Shown here: piece by piece, positions 48,182 through 57,136 of the stretch
Position numbering within the stretch: the first letter of the stretch is position 1
Layout of the letters: each line of letters opens with the position of its first letter
NCBI GenBank assembly: GCA_002449265.1
Contig: DKCV01000015.1
Span: 31,120 to 95,119 of the forward strand
Direction of reading: 5' to 3'
Source of the DNA: Bacillales bacterium UBA6865
Lineage (GTDB): Bacteria > Bacillota_I > Bacilli_A > RFN20 > CAG-826
DNA length: 64,000 nucleotides
Notes under the pieces: generated by a model
The model's input: only the letters and a program-made list of their open reading frames with translations
Databases searched by the model: none
Told to the model about the DNA's origin: nothing
Position numbers and translations under genes: made by a program

Positions 48182-48812
48182 GGAAGTCCTTTCTTATCTT
48201 ATCTCCACCTATCCAAATGCGAAATGCGCCTTACATTTTTCGAATGATTACGAGTGCTTGGTTGCTATTGTTTTAAGTGCCCAAACGACGGACAAAAGCG
48301 TTAATAAAGTCACCCCGACTCTTTTCTCTCATTTTCCTAACGTAGCCTCTTTAATGCATGCGAAAATGGAAGACTTAGAAAACGACATCAAATCCCTTGG
48401 TTTATATAAAAACAAAGCAAAATCCCTTCAAAAGCTTGGTGAATATATCTATTTGCACACGAATGGAGCGATTCCTCACGATAAAGAAACCCTCCTAAAG
48501 ATACCGGGCGTTGGCGAAAAAACCGCGCGAGTTTTTCTTCTTGAACGGGCTAACGCGCCTTTTATTCCCGTTGATACGCATTTATCTAGAATCGCCAAAC
48601 GATTAGGGTATGCGAAAGAAAACGATTCTCCTTTATTAATCGAAAGGAAATTAGAGAAGAATTTCCCGATAGAAAAATGGGGATTTCTTCATCATGCTTT
48701 CATTGAATTTGGGAGGAATCAATGTACGGCAAGAAACCCTTGTTGTTCAAATTGCCCTCTTTCAAAATGTTGTCGTTACTTCAAGAAGAATTCTTCCACA
48801 ACTGGCAAATAA
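48168..48812 (+). CDS. nth: Endonuclease III
   Basis: HhH-GPD region (LLKIPGVGEKTARVFL, VDTH) and a C-terminal Cx6Cx2Cx5C cluster (CTARNPCCSNCPLSKCC). Start set at ATG 48168 with a GGGGA SD. Confidence 0.9.
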   Translation: MGKSEEVLSYLISTYPNAKCALHFSNDYECLVAIVLSAQTTDKSVNKVTPTLFSHFPNVASLMHAKMEDLENDIKSLGLYKNKAKSLQKLGEYIYLHTNGAIPHDKETLLKIPGVGEKTARVFLLERANAPFIPVDTHLSRIAKRLGYAKENDSPLLIERKLEKNFPIEKWGFLHHAFIEFGRNQCTARNPCCSNCPLSKCCRYFKKNSSTTGK

Positions 48813-49375
48813 TCGTAACGAGGGTGATACCCTTCTTTCACCAAGTGTCCATGTTCTTTAATGCTTTGATAGGGGATTGATTTTCGGGGTTTTTCTTCAT
48901 AAAAAGTGCAAATGAAATCCGCATCAATCGCGTAAGTTTCATCTAACGTTTCCCAGTGAATTAGGAAAAAAGCAATGCCCCCATTTTCTTTAACCGCCCT
49001 TAGGTGTTTAACTTGCTGAGGAGCGATGTTATTAAGAGGGAGCGAGGTTTTGCTTTTGGTGCTTTTTGCTTCAAAATCCAAATAACGCCCCTTATACACC
49101 CCGTTATAGTCTGTCGTACTTTGCGCTTCGAAATAAGCATGCGTGATTTTTGCGCCATGCGTGTAATCGACTTTGACAACATTAATGGGAGTTGGGCGCT
49201 TATACACAAGCGCTAAATGATGCTCAAGATAATAAGAGTTAGCGTCATTAATATCGCTTTCAAAGCCCATTCCGCGATTAGCGGCGCTTAAAGAACGCTT
49301 TTTGATTGAATGGCTGGCTTTCTTTTCCCTCTCTTGATAAGAAGGGGCTTTGACCCCGCCTGGATAATGGATCAT
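48776..49375 (-). CDS. recU: Holliday junction resolvase RecU
   Basis: 199 aa: NRGMGFESDINDANSYY..., DYNGVYKGRYLDFEAKST. ATGA-type overlap with the upstream exonuclease gene. Confidence 0.88.
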   Translation of the reverse strand: MIHYPGGVKAPSYQEREKKASHSIKKRSLSAANRGMGFESDINDANSYYLEHHLALVYKRPTPINVVKVDYTHGAKITHAYFEAQSTTDYNGVYKGRYLDFEAKSTKSKTSLPLNNIAPQQVKHLRAVKENGGIAFFLIHWETLDETYAIDADFICTFYEEKPRKSIPYQSIKEHGHLVKEGYHPRYDYLPVVEEFFLK

Positions 49376-50097
49376 TTTAAGCTATCCTCAACGGCTTTAT
49401 CGAAATCAGTGGGGGTAACGGTTTCCCCGTTTTTTAATTTGCTGACGATCGTAGCGATTGGAGAAGGGAGATGAAACAAGTGCGACAAGGTTTTCTCGTA
49501 TTCGTTTCTTACAATATCTTTTTTCGTTAGCAAGGCTTTGTATAGCTCGATTAAGTTATAAGCGTCTGCGAGTGCATCATGGGCTTGGCCTTCAAAAGGA
49601 GTCGAAAATAGCTTCAAGTAGTTGGTTAATGAATATGGATTGCCATGCTCATCTTTGATGTAAGAACTAATAAATGCGCTGAAATCGAGGTAGTTCTTTT
49701 TCATTAGACGTGAAAAAGATAAGCCGGCATCGCCATTTAAATAGACACTGCTTTCGATGATTTTGATATCTTGATTGCCAAAAGTGACAAAGACGCAGCG
49801 ATCTTCGTATTTTTTGACGTAATGATGAAAATCGCTGAAGGCTTTAGGAAATAAGACACCCTCTTCTTGCAGTTTTTTCTCTGTAATTCCGGTTAAATCG
49901 GTGACGACACGCCCAACGGGGTTTTGGGCTTTTACGTACCGTTTGAATGGTGGATTGATATTTTTAATCGTTAAATCGTCATGGAGCAGGACACTATAAG
50001 CGCCAATTTCAATCATCTCATGAGAGAACTGAGTGCCTTCTAAGTCAAAGAAGACGAGTACCCTTTTATCTCTAATCGCTTTTCTTAATGCTTTCAT
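49372..50097 (-). CDS. DEDDh 3'-5' exonuclease (KapD/DnaQ-like)
   Basis: Exo motifs FFDLEGT, IEIGAY and HDALADAYNL. 241 aa. No SD. Confidence 0.75.
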   Translation of the reverse strand: MKALRKAIRDKRVLVFFDLEGTQFSHEMIEIGAYSVLLHDDLTIKNINPPFKRYVKAQNPVGRVVTDLTGITEKKLQEEGVLFPKAFSDFHHYVKKYEDRCVFVTFGNQDIKIIESSVYLNGDAGLSFSRLMKKNYLDFSAFISSYIKDEHGNPYSLTNYLKLFSTPFEGQAHDALADAYNLIELYKALLTKKDIVRNEYEKTLSHLFHLPSPIATIVSKLKNGETVTPTDFDKAVEDSLK

Positions 50098-50104
50098 GGC
50101 AGTA

Positions 50105-50113
50105 ATTGTAGCA
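50105..50113 (-). promoter_or_regulatory. Extended -10 element (TGCTACAAT) 7 nt upstream of the exonuclease ATG: candidate leaderless promoter
   Basis: The minus strand reads TGCTACAAT-tactgcc-ATG (ATG = 50097..50095). Confidence 0.4.
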
Positions 50114-50144
50114 CGATTCGTACAAATTCCATCACGCTCATTCG

Positions 50145-50173
50145 TTGAAGTAAAGCGGTGAGTTCCCTATAAT
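50145..50173 (+). promoter_or_regulatory. Sigma-A-type promoter for gpsB/rnpB (TTGAAG-17 bp-TATAAT)
   Basis: TTGAAG at 50145..50150 and TATAAT at 50168..50173. The -10 sits inside the palindrome TCCCTATAATATAGGGA. Confidence 0.5.
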
Positions 50174-50193
50174 ATAGGGAGTGTCTTTTAATT

Positions 50194-50598
50194 ATGGAAA
50201 ACAAAGTGAATTTAACAGCAAAAGCAATCCTCGACAAGAAATTTACGAAAGATGTCAAAGGATATAATCCTGACGAAGTTGACTCCTTCCTTGACGATAT
50301 CATTGCAGATTACCAATCGTTCACGCGGTTTCTAAAAGAGAAAGACGCCAAAATCGAAGCTTTGGAAAGCAAAATTGCCGCTTATGACGCTAGCTATTCT
50401 TCTGCAAATAAGAAGTATGGTGAGCTTTATGAGCGCGCAAAATTGCTCGAAATCGAAAACGCCTCGCTCAACAAGAGGCTTGAAGGAATTAAGCCAAGTG
50501 ACAAAGTGACTGCGGAAAACATGGAATGGATTCAGCGCTGCCACAAATTGGAAGACTTCCTTTATCGACATGGTTTTACCGAAGCTGATTTAAAATAA
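50194..50598 (+). CDS. gpsB: DivIVA-domain cell-cycle protein (GpsB-like)
   Basis: N-terminus AKAILDKKFTKDVKGYNPDEVDSFLDDIIADYQSF (DivIVA/GpsB lipid-binding domain) followed by a coiled coil. Sits beside rnpB and near recU, as I recall for B. subtilis. Confidence 0.75.
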   Translation: MENKVNLTAKAILDKKFTKDVKGYNPDEVDSFLDDIIADYQSFTRFLKEKDAKIEALESKIAAYDASYSSANKKYGELYERAKLLEIENASLNKRLEGIKPSDKVTAENMEWIQRCHKLEDFLYRHGFTEADLK

Positions 50599-50603
50599 CC
50601 AAT

Positions 50604-50937
50604 TATCCGGCTCGGGCGATGACTGTTTCTATTTGAAATAGAGGAAAGTCCATGCTCGCACGGTCTGCGACGACCGTAATGATTGCGCTAGGGGAATCAA
50701 TAACCCTAGGTACGTAGGAGTACGTAACGGCGGAGAAACTCTCTAGAAGATGTCTTCTCCTTAAAGTGCCACAGAGACGAGCTTGATGGCGACATCAAGA
50801 TGAAACGCGGTAAACCCCACAAGCGAGAAACTCAAATTTGGTAGAGGAAGAAGGGAAATCGAATTGAAGATGACTCTTCCAGGGCAACCTGAGATTAATA
50901 TTCGCCCTCGACAAAACATGGCTTATAGAGCCGGATA
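50604..50937 (+). ncRNA. rnpB: RNase P RNA, bacterial type B
   Basis: Universal block GAGGAAAGTCCATGCTCGCAC, plus AGTGCCACAGAGACGA and GGTAAACCCCAC. The P1 helix TATCCGGCTC (50604..50613) pairs with GAGCCGGATA (50928..50937). Confidence 0.93.
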
Positions 50938-50960
50938 CTCATTGGATTAGAGGAATGATT

Positions 50961-51590
50961 ATGAATATACCAACAAAAATTACCGTCACTCGTATCGCCC
51001 TAGTCTCTTTACTGCTTATTTTTTTATTTGCCCTTAATTTCATTCCGAATTTGCCTGTTCCCTTTTTGGGGAACGCTGAATACGGGGTCAATTTATATTA
51101 TTTCATCGCGTTTATCGTTTTTGTCATTGCTGCCACGACGGATTTTGTGGATGGTTATTTAGCAAGAAAATGGCACCAAGTCACTGACTTAGGCAAATTC
51201 CTCGATCCTGTCGCGGATAAGCTCCTTGTCGACTCTTTATTGATTTATTTGATTTTGCCTCATTTTTATCTTGGGACATTAACGATTCCAACTTATTGCG
51301 TCATCATCATGATTCTTCGCGATTTAGTCGTTGATGCGTTGCGTTTCATCGCGGCAGGAAAAGGAAAAGTGCTTGCCGCGAATATTTTTGGGAAAATCAA
51401 AACCGTCCTTCAAATGATTGCTATTCCTCTCGTTTTATTAAATGGTTGGCCATTTAGCTATTTCGACTTAGGTTGGGGAGAAGGAAGAATCGCCTTAATT
51501 TTTGTTTATCTCGCCACATGTGCGAGTTTACTCAGCGGAATCATCTATCTTGTTCAGAACGTATCCGTTTTAAAAGAGGATAAAAAATAA
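50961..51590 (+). CDS. pgsA: CDP-diacylglycerol--glycerol-3-phosphate 3-phosphatidyltransferase
   Basis: CDP-alcohol phosphatidyltransferase motif DFVDGYLARKWHQVTDLGKFLDPVADKL. ATG 50961 is preferred (AGAGGA 6 nt upstream); 50955 is also possible. Confidence 0.9.
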   Translation: MNIPTKITVTRIALVSLLLIFLFALNFIPNLPVPFLGNAEYGVNLYYFIAFIVFVIAATTDFVDGYLARKWHQVTDLGKFLDPVADKLLVDSLLIYLILPHFYLGTLTIPTYCVIIMILRDLVVDALRFIAAGKGKVLAANIFGKIKTVLQMIAIPLVLLNGWPFSYFDLGWGEGRIALIFVYLATCASLLSGIIYLVQNVSVLKEDKK

Positions 51591-51668
51591 TCGAAAATTG
51601 CAATTTCTAAAATTTTTTTGGTAAAAAGTCCAAAAATTGGTCTATAGATAAGTGGAGGTACTGTTTCT

Positions 51669-52679
51669 ATGGCAGACAAAAAAGATGAAGCGCTAGAAGA
51701 AGCGCTAAGAAGCATTGAGAAGGTTTATGGCAAAGGGTCGGTCATGCGTTTAGGCGACCACCCAAAAGTCAATGTGGACGTGATTCCAACCGGAAGCTTG
51801 GTCCTTGATCAAGCGCTTGGCGTTGGCGGATACCCACGTGGAAGAATCGTAGAAATCTATGGACCAGAGAGCAGTGGCAAAACCACTCTGGCTCTCGAAG
51901 CGGTTGCAGAGGCGCAGAAAAAAGGTGGTAGAGCCGCTTATGTTGATGCGGAACACGCAATCGATCCAGATTACGCTGAAAAATTAGGCGTAAATATCGA
52001 TGAGCTCATCCTTTCTCAACCAGATAGTGGCGAACAAGCGCTAGAAATCGTTGAAATGCTCGCCCAGAGTGGCGCGATTGATATTATCATCGTTGATTCT
52101 GTGGCTGCACTTGTTCCACAAGCGGAACTTGATGGCGTCATGAGCGATAACCAAGTCGGCTTACAAGCTCGTCTGATGTCAAAAGCCATGCGAAAGCTCG
52201 CTGGCGTTTTGGACAAAACTGGTTGCCTGGTCATTTTTATTAACCAAATCCGCGAGAAGGTTGGCGTAATGTATGGGAATCCTGAAACGACAACTGGCGG
52301 AAGAGCACTCAAATTCTATGCGACCATCCGTTTGGATATCCGTCGCGCTGATGCAATTAAAAACGGTAAGGATATTATCGGGAATACCGTTAAAGTCAAA
52401 GTGGTTAAAAACAAAGTTGCCCCACCATTTAAATCTTGTACCATCGAGATGATTTATGGCCAAGGCTTCACTCGCGAAGGCGAACTTCTAGAACTAGGAA
52501 CTCAGCTCGGCGTTTTTCAAAAGACTGGCAGCTGGTTTATACTGAATGGCGATAAGATCGGAAACGGAAAAGATGCCGCTTCTTCCTATTTAAAAGAGCA
52601 TCCCGAGATTACCGATGCCGTTGATAAAGAAATCCGCGAAAAACTCAAGAATGGTGAAACCACCATTAGTGAAGACTAA
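51669..52679 (+). CDS. recA: Recombinase RecA
   Basis: [12 protein letters not shown] Walker [10 protein letters not shown] and [22 protein letters not shown]. 336 aa. Confidence 0.97.
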   Translation: MADKKDEALEEALRSIEKVYGKGSVMRLGDHPKVNVDVIPTGSLVLDQALGVGGYPRGRIVEIYGPESSGKTTLALEAVAEAQKKGGRAAYVDAEHAIDPDYAEKLGVNIDELILSQPDSGEQALEIVEMLAQSGAIDIIIVDSVAALVPQAELDGVMSDNQVGLQARLMSKAMRKLAGVLDKTGCLVIFINQIREKVGVMYGNPETTTGGRALKFYATIRLDIRRADAIKNGKDIIGNTVKVKVVKNKVAPPFKSCTIEMIYGQGFTREGELLELGTQLGVFQKTGSWFILNGDKIGNGKDAASSYLKEHPEITDAVDKEIREKLKNGETTISED

Positions 52680-53010
52680 ATTCCTCTATTTTTGTAACGC
52701 GACTCTTTAAATTTTTTCTAATATTTTTCAGCACCATAATATTTCATTTGCTTCACTTTAAAATAGAAGGGCAGTCCGCGCTTTTCTTATTACTCTAAAA
52801 AGAATTGCGATAAAAAATTCACGAATTGCTCTTCTATTTGCATAAGGTTATAGCCACATTGTTTTTTGCTTGATAAAATATAGCTGTACCTTGTTGGGTG
52901 CTCACGCCATAGATTGGTTGTGAATTGTCTTATCGGTATTCACCGTTATATACAAAACATCATCTTAATTTGGAGCGAGCCCCGAAATGGGCTTTTATTA
53001 GGAGAATTTT

Positions 53011-54612
53011 ATGTTAGTCGGTTTAAACATTTTGACTGAGGCTAACCCTTTGGCGTGGTGGATTTGGCTCATCATTGCAATTTGTTCTGCCTTAGTTGGG
53101 GCACTTGTGGTTGTTTTGATTTACCATGTGCTTCCAAGATTTAAGAAGAAGGGTGCTGAAGTCCAAGCTAAGCAAATCATTCGCGATGCTGAAATCAAAG
53201 CGGAAAGAATTGCGAAAAACGCTGAGCTTGACGCGAAACAAATGACGTTTGAAGCAAAGCAACAAGCGCAGCAAGAGATTCGTGAGATGAAATCTGAAGC
53301 GCTTGCCGAACAAGCCAAGCTCGATGCGCGAGAAGAGTCTATTTCTCGCCGTGACAATCAGCTTCTTCAAAAGGAAACTGAACTTGATCGTCGCAACGAC
53401 ACGCTCACGCAAAAAATCGCTGATTGCGATAAGAAAGCCGCTGAATACGATGAAAAAATCGATTCCATCATCAAAGAACTTGAGAAAGTATCTGGCATGT
53501 CCACTAAAGAAGCACATGATGAAATCATGGCTCGTGTGGAAAGCAAAATGAGCAGTGAAATCGCTGCTTATATCAAGAACCAAGAAGACGAAGCAAAAGA
53601 AACTGCCCAGCAAAAGAGCGCCGAAATTCTTTCTTTGGCTTGCGCTAAATATGCCCAAGAAGTGACCACCGAAAGAACCGTGTCCGTTGTCTCTCTCCCT
53701 AATGACGATATGAAGGGGAGAATCATCGGGAGAGAAGGAAGAAATATTCGTATCATCGAACAAACTCTTGGGGTTGATATCGTTATCGATGATACTCCCG
53801 AAGTTATTACCGTTTCTTGCTTTGACCCAATTCGCCGCGAGATCGCAAAGCGAACCCTTGAATTCTTAGTCAAGGATGGAAGAATCCAACCTGGACGAAT
53901 TGAAGAAGTTGCCTCCCGCTGCAAACGCGATTTGGAAGCGGAAACCCAAAAAGCTGGCGAAGAAGCTGCCTTCCGTCTTGGATTACCAAAAATCAATCGT
54001 GAATTGCTTGGATATTTAGGTAAACTCAAATATCGCACTTCTTATGGGCAAAATGGCTTAGACCATTCCATTGAGGTTGCTTATTTATGCGGAATCATGG
54101 CGGCTGAACTCGGACAAAATCAGCTCCTTGCGCGTCGAGCAGGACTATTGCACGATATTGGCAAGGCTGTCGATTTCGAGCAAGAAGGAAGCCACGTTCA
54201 ACTTGGCGTCCAACTTGCGAAAAAATATGGCGAACCAGAAGTCGTAATCAACGCTATCGCTTCGCACCATGGCGATGTTGAAGCCACTAGCGTTATCGCT
54301 CACCTTGTCGCGGCTGCCGACACTTTAAGTGCCGCTCGTCCTGGAGCAAGAAGCGAAACGCTTGAAACTTATGTAAAACGTGTCGAACAGCTCGAAACCA
54401 TCGCTAAATCCTTTGAGGGTGTTCAACAAGCCTTTGCGATGCAAGCCGGACGAGAAGTTCGTGTCATGGTTATGCCAGATAAAGTGGACGATGCGATGGC
54501 GACGAAGATGGCTGCCGATATTCGCGAAAAGATCGAAAACGAAGCCGTTTATCCAGGAACTGTCAAAGTCAGCGTCATTCGTGAATACAAGGCCATAGAA
54601 ACCGCGAAATAA
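53011..54612 (+). CDS. rny: Ribonuclease Y
   Basis: N-terminal TM, a coiled coil, a KH domain (GRIIGREGRNIRIIE) and an HD domain (LLHDIGKA, SHHGD). 533 aa. Confidence 0.95.
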   Translation: MLVGLNILTEANPLAWWIWLIIAICSALVGALVVVLIYHVLPRFKKKGAEVQAKQIIRDAEIKAERIAKNAELDAKQMTFEAKQQAQQEIREMKSEALAEQAKLDAREESISRRDNQLLQKETELDRRNDTLTQKIADCDKKAAEYDEKIDSIIKELEKVSGMSTKEAHDEIMARVESKMSSEIAAYIKNQEDEAKETAQQKSAEILSLACAKYAQEVTTERTVSVVSLPNDDMKGRIIGREGRNIRIIEQTLGVDIVIDDTPEVITVSCFDPIRREIAKRTLEFLVKDGRIQPGRIEEVASRCKRDLEAETQKAGEEAAFRLGLPKINRELLGYLGKLKYRTSYGQNGLDHSIEVAYLCGIMAAELGQNQLLARRAGLLHDIGKAVDFEQEGSHVQLGVQLAKKYGEPEVVINAIASHHGDVEATSVIAHLVAAADTLSAARPGARSETLETYVKRVEQLETIAKSFEGVQQAFAMQAGREVRVMVMPDKVDDAMATKMAADIREKIENEAVYPGTVKVSVIREYKAIETAK

Positions 54613-54614
54613 CA

Positions 54615-55403
54615 ATGCGTATCCTCTTCTTTGGTGACATCGTTGGGGAACTCGGAAGGTCCGCTTTAGGGCGGGCCCTTCCTATTTTGAGGCGTAAATA
54701 TAACCCTGATTTTGTAATTGCAAACGGTGAAAACGTCTCACACGGGAAAGGTCTCAATGAATCCCATTATCGTTATTTGGTCGATTTAGGAGTCGATTGC
54801 ATTACTTTAGGCAATCATTATCATGATAAAGTTGCGATCGATGACTATATTGATGAGGCTGATAACCTTGTTCGCCCCCTTAATTTAAAGAACTATTCCA
54901 AAGGGCAAGGAAGTCTAGCTTTTGAAGTGAATGGAATTTTAGTCCGAGTAACGAATTTGCTTGGCGTTAGCTTCATGAACGAAGAAGTTTTTTCTCCGAT
55001 TGAATGTATGGAAAAGTTACTCTTAGAGGAAGAGGAACCATGTATTCACATCGTGGACTATCATGGAGAATCAACAAGCGAGAAACAAATTTTCGGTTTT
55101 TATTTTGATGGACAAGTCAGTGCGATTTTAGGCACTCATACCCATGTACAGACTTCTGATATGCGTGTTTTACCAAATGGGACTGCCTTTGTCACTGACG
55201 TTGGTATGGTTGGAGAACTTAATTCCGTCATTGGCTTTGAGAAAGATTCCGTGATTGATAAAATCGTCTTTGGGAAAAAAGAATCCTTTGGTTTAGCAAA
55301 GCACGGAACTGCGACCGTTAATGGGGCAATTATGGACTTCGATGATACGACTTATGAATGCACCCAAATTCATCCAATTTGTTTGAGGGAGGAGAACTTA
55401 TGA
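54615..55403 (+). CDS. ymdB: YmdB-type metallophosphoesterase (2',3'-cyclic-nucleotide phosphodiesterase)
   Basis: MRILFFGDIVGELGR...FVIANGENVSHGKGL...GNH. Immediately downstream of rny, as in Bacilli. Confidence 0.9.
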   Translation: MRILFFGDIVGELGRSALGRALPILRRKYNPDFVIANGENVSHGKGLNESHYRYLVDLGVDCITLGNHYHDKVAIDDYIDEADNLVRPLNLKNYSKGQGSLAFEVNGILVRVTNLLGVSFMNEEVFSPIECMEKLLLEEEEPCIHIVDYHGESTSEKQIFGFYFDGQVSAILGTHTHVQTSDMRVLPNGTAFVTDVGMVGELNSVIGFEKDSVIDKIVFGKKESFGLAKHGTATVNGAIMDFDDTTYECTQIHPICLREENL

Positions 55404-57136
55404 AATGCGAATTCCGCTCATTACCGTCTATGAAAAATGCGAGAAATCGCGTTAGTAAAGCTTCTAGAGTTATTGATTCTGGAGAGGTTCCATCTCGATT
55501 AGCCGCATTTGCAAAGGGCAAACGTTTTTTCATTCGTACGTTCGGCTGCCAAGCTAATATCCGTGATGAAGAAGTAATGGCAGGATACCTTTCACGCGCT
55601 GGATTTAAAAGGACACTTGATCCTAAAGAAGCGGATTTAGCCATTATTAATACCTGCGCGGTACGCGAAAATGCCGAAGATAAAGTTTATGGCGAAATCG
55701 GTTCTTTCAAGGCCAACCATTTGTCTAATCCTTCCTTTTTACTTTGCGTATGCGGATGCATGATGCAAGAAGAAAAAGTCGCGGAGAAAATTACAAAAAC
55801 ATATCCTTTCGTCAATTTGGTTTTCGGAACCCACAATATTCCGCATCTTCTTTCCTTACTGAATGACGTTATCTTGAAAAAAGAGCGGCTCATTGACGTT
55901 ACTTCTTCTCCTGGCGAAGTCGTTGAAGGGTTACCATCCATTCGCCTTAATGATTTCGAAGCTTTTGTGAACATCTCTTATGGATGCGATAAATTTTGCA
56001 CCTATTGCATTGTTCCTTATACGAGAGGTCGCGAAAGAAGCCGCGCCCAGAAGGATATCGTTAGAGAATGCAAAGCCTTAGTGGAAGAAGGCTATAAGCA
56101 GATTACTTTGCTTGGGCAAAACGTGAATAGCTATGGGCTTGATTTGCATGATGGAACGACATTTGCAGGTTTATTAGAAGAAGTGGCAAAATTAGGGATT
56201 CCTCGCTTGCGCTTTTTGACTTCGTACCCTTCGCAATTTACAGAAGAAACCATGGATATCATGGCTACTTACCCCAATATCATGAAATGGCTTCATTTCC
56301 CGGTTCAAAGTGGGAGCAGTTCTTGCTTAAGACGCATGGGAAGACGTTATAGCCGCGAACAATATCTTGATTTGGTTGATAAAATTCGCGCAAAAATGCC
56401 TTCAATCGCTTTAACTACCGATATTATTGTCGGATTCCCTAATGAAACCGATGGAGAATTTTCTGATACCCTTTCTTTGTGCGAGCGTGTGCAATATAGC
56501 AGCGCCTTTACTTTTATTTATTCGCCTCGAAAAGGAACGCCTGCCGCAAACATCGTCGATAATGTCTCTAGCGAAACGAAGCACGAACGCTTTGATGCTT
56601 TAAAGGCAGTCATTGAAAAAACAACAAGCGCTCATAGCGAAGCGATGGTTGGTCACACTTACGATATATTGGTCACTGGTCCTAGCAAACGCGATAAATC
56701 AATATTAAGTGGGTATGCCGAAAACGGAAAATTGGTCAATTTCAAAGGCCCTAGCTATTTAACTGGTGCGATTGTGCCTGTAAAGGTAATCGAGTCGCAC
56801 GCGTATAGTTTACTTGGCGAACTCGTTGGCGATCCATTGATATTAAAAGCAAAAGACGTCGCCTATACGCTTTCCGTTGATCCTCTTTTTAAAGAATTCA
56901 CTACGTTGCTTAAAGAAGCAAATAGCCGAGAAGTCAAAGCGTTAGGGGAGAAATACATCGAAAAGAAGAAAGAACTCGCTCTATCGATTGGTGACCCTCA
57001 AAAGCATGCAGTCGTTAAAAAAGAATACGAAGAAGTGCTTAGCGAACTGAAGAATAATCCTGTTTTGGAGAATATTGAATCGCTATGCCCTTTAATCGAA
57101 AGCGAGCTTTTACGCATTAAAGGGATATTGGAATGA
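55400..57136 (+). CDS. miaB: tRNA-i6A37 methylthiotransferase MiaB with C-terminal ~99-aa YmcA/YlbF (RicA)-like extension
   Basis: UPF0004 domain (FFIRTFGCQANIRDEE), radical-SAM CDKFCTYC and a TRAM domain ending ...SLLGELVGDP. An extra helical tail follows (56837..57133). GGGAGGAG SD. Confidence 0.88.
   Translation: MKCEFRSLPSMKNARNRVSKASRVIDSGEVPSRLAAFAKGKRFFIRTFGCQANIRDEEVMAGYLSRAGFKRTLDPKEADLAIINTCAVRENAEDKVYGEIGSFKANHLSNPSFLLCVCGCMMQEEKVAEKITKTYPFVNLVFGTHNIPHLLSLLNDVILKKERLIDVTSSPGEVVEGLPSIRLNDFEAFVNISYGCDKFCTYCIVPYTRGRERSRAQKDIVRECKALVEEGYKQITLLGQNVNSYGLDLHDGTTFAGLLEEVAKLGIPRLRFLTSYPSQFTEETMDIMATYPNIMKWLHFPVQSGSSSCLRRMGRRYSREQYLDLVDKIRAKMPSIALTTDIIVGFPNETDGEFSDTLSLCERVQYSSAFTFIYSPRKGTPAANIVDNVSSETKHERFDALKAVIEKTTSAHSEAMVGHTYDILVTGPSKRDKSILSGYAENGKLVNFKGPSYLTGAIVPVKVIESHAYSLLGELVGDPLILKAKDVAYTLSVDPLFKEFTTLLKEANSREVKALGEKYIEKKKELALSIGDPQKHAVVKKEYEEVLSELKNNPVLENIESLCPLIESELLRIKGILE

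Noticed and set aside
52680-53010. 331-bp recA-rny intergenic region examined for an RNA gene or small ORF; short hairpin AGCCC-cgaaat-GGGCT+TTTATT at about 52978..52999, just before the rny SD.
   Set aside because: The stem is only 5 bp, I recognise no conserved RNA motif, and the small ORFs are under 10 codons. It may be a modest leader structure, but I cannot support a feature.
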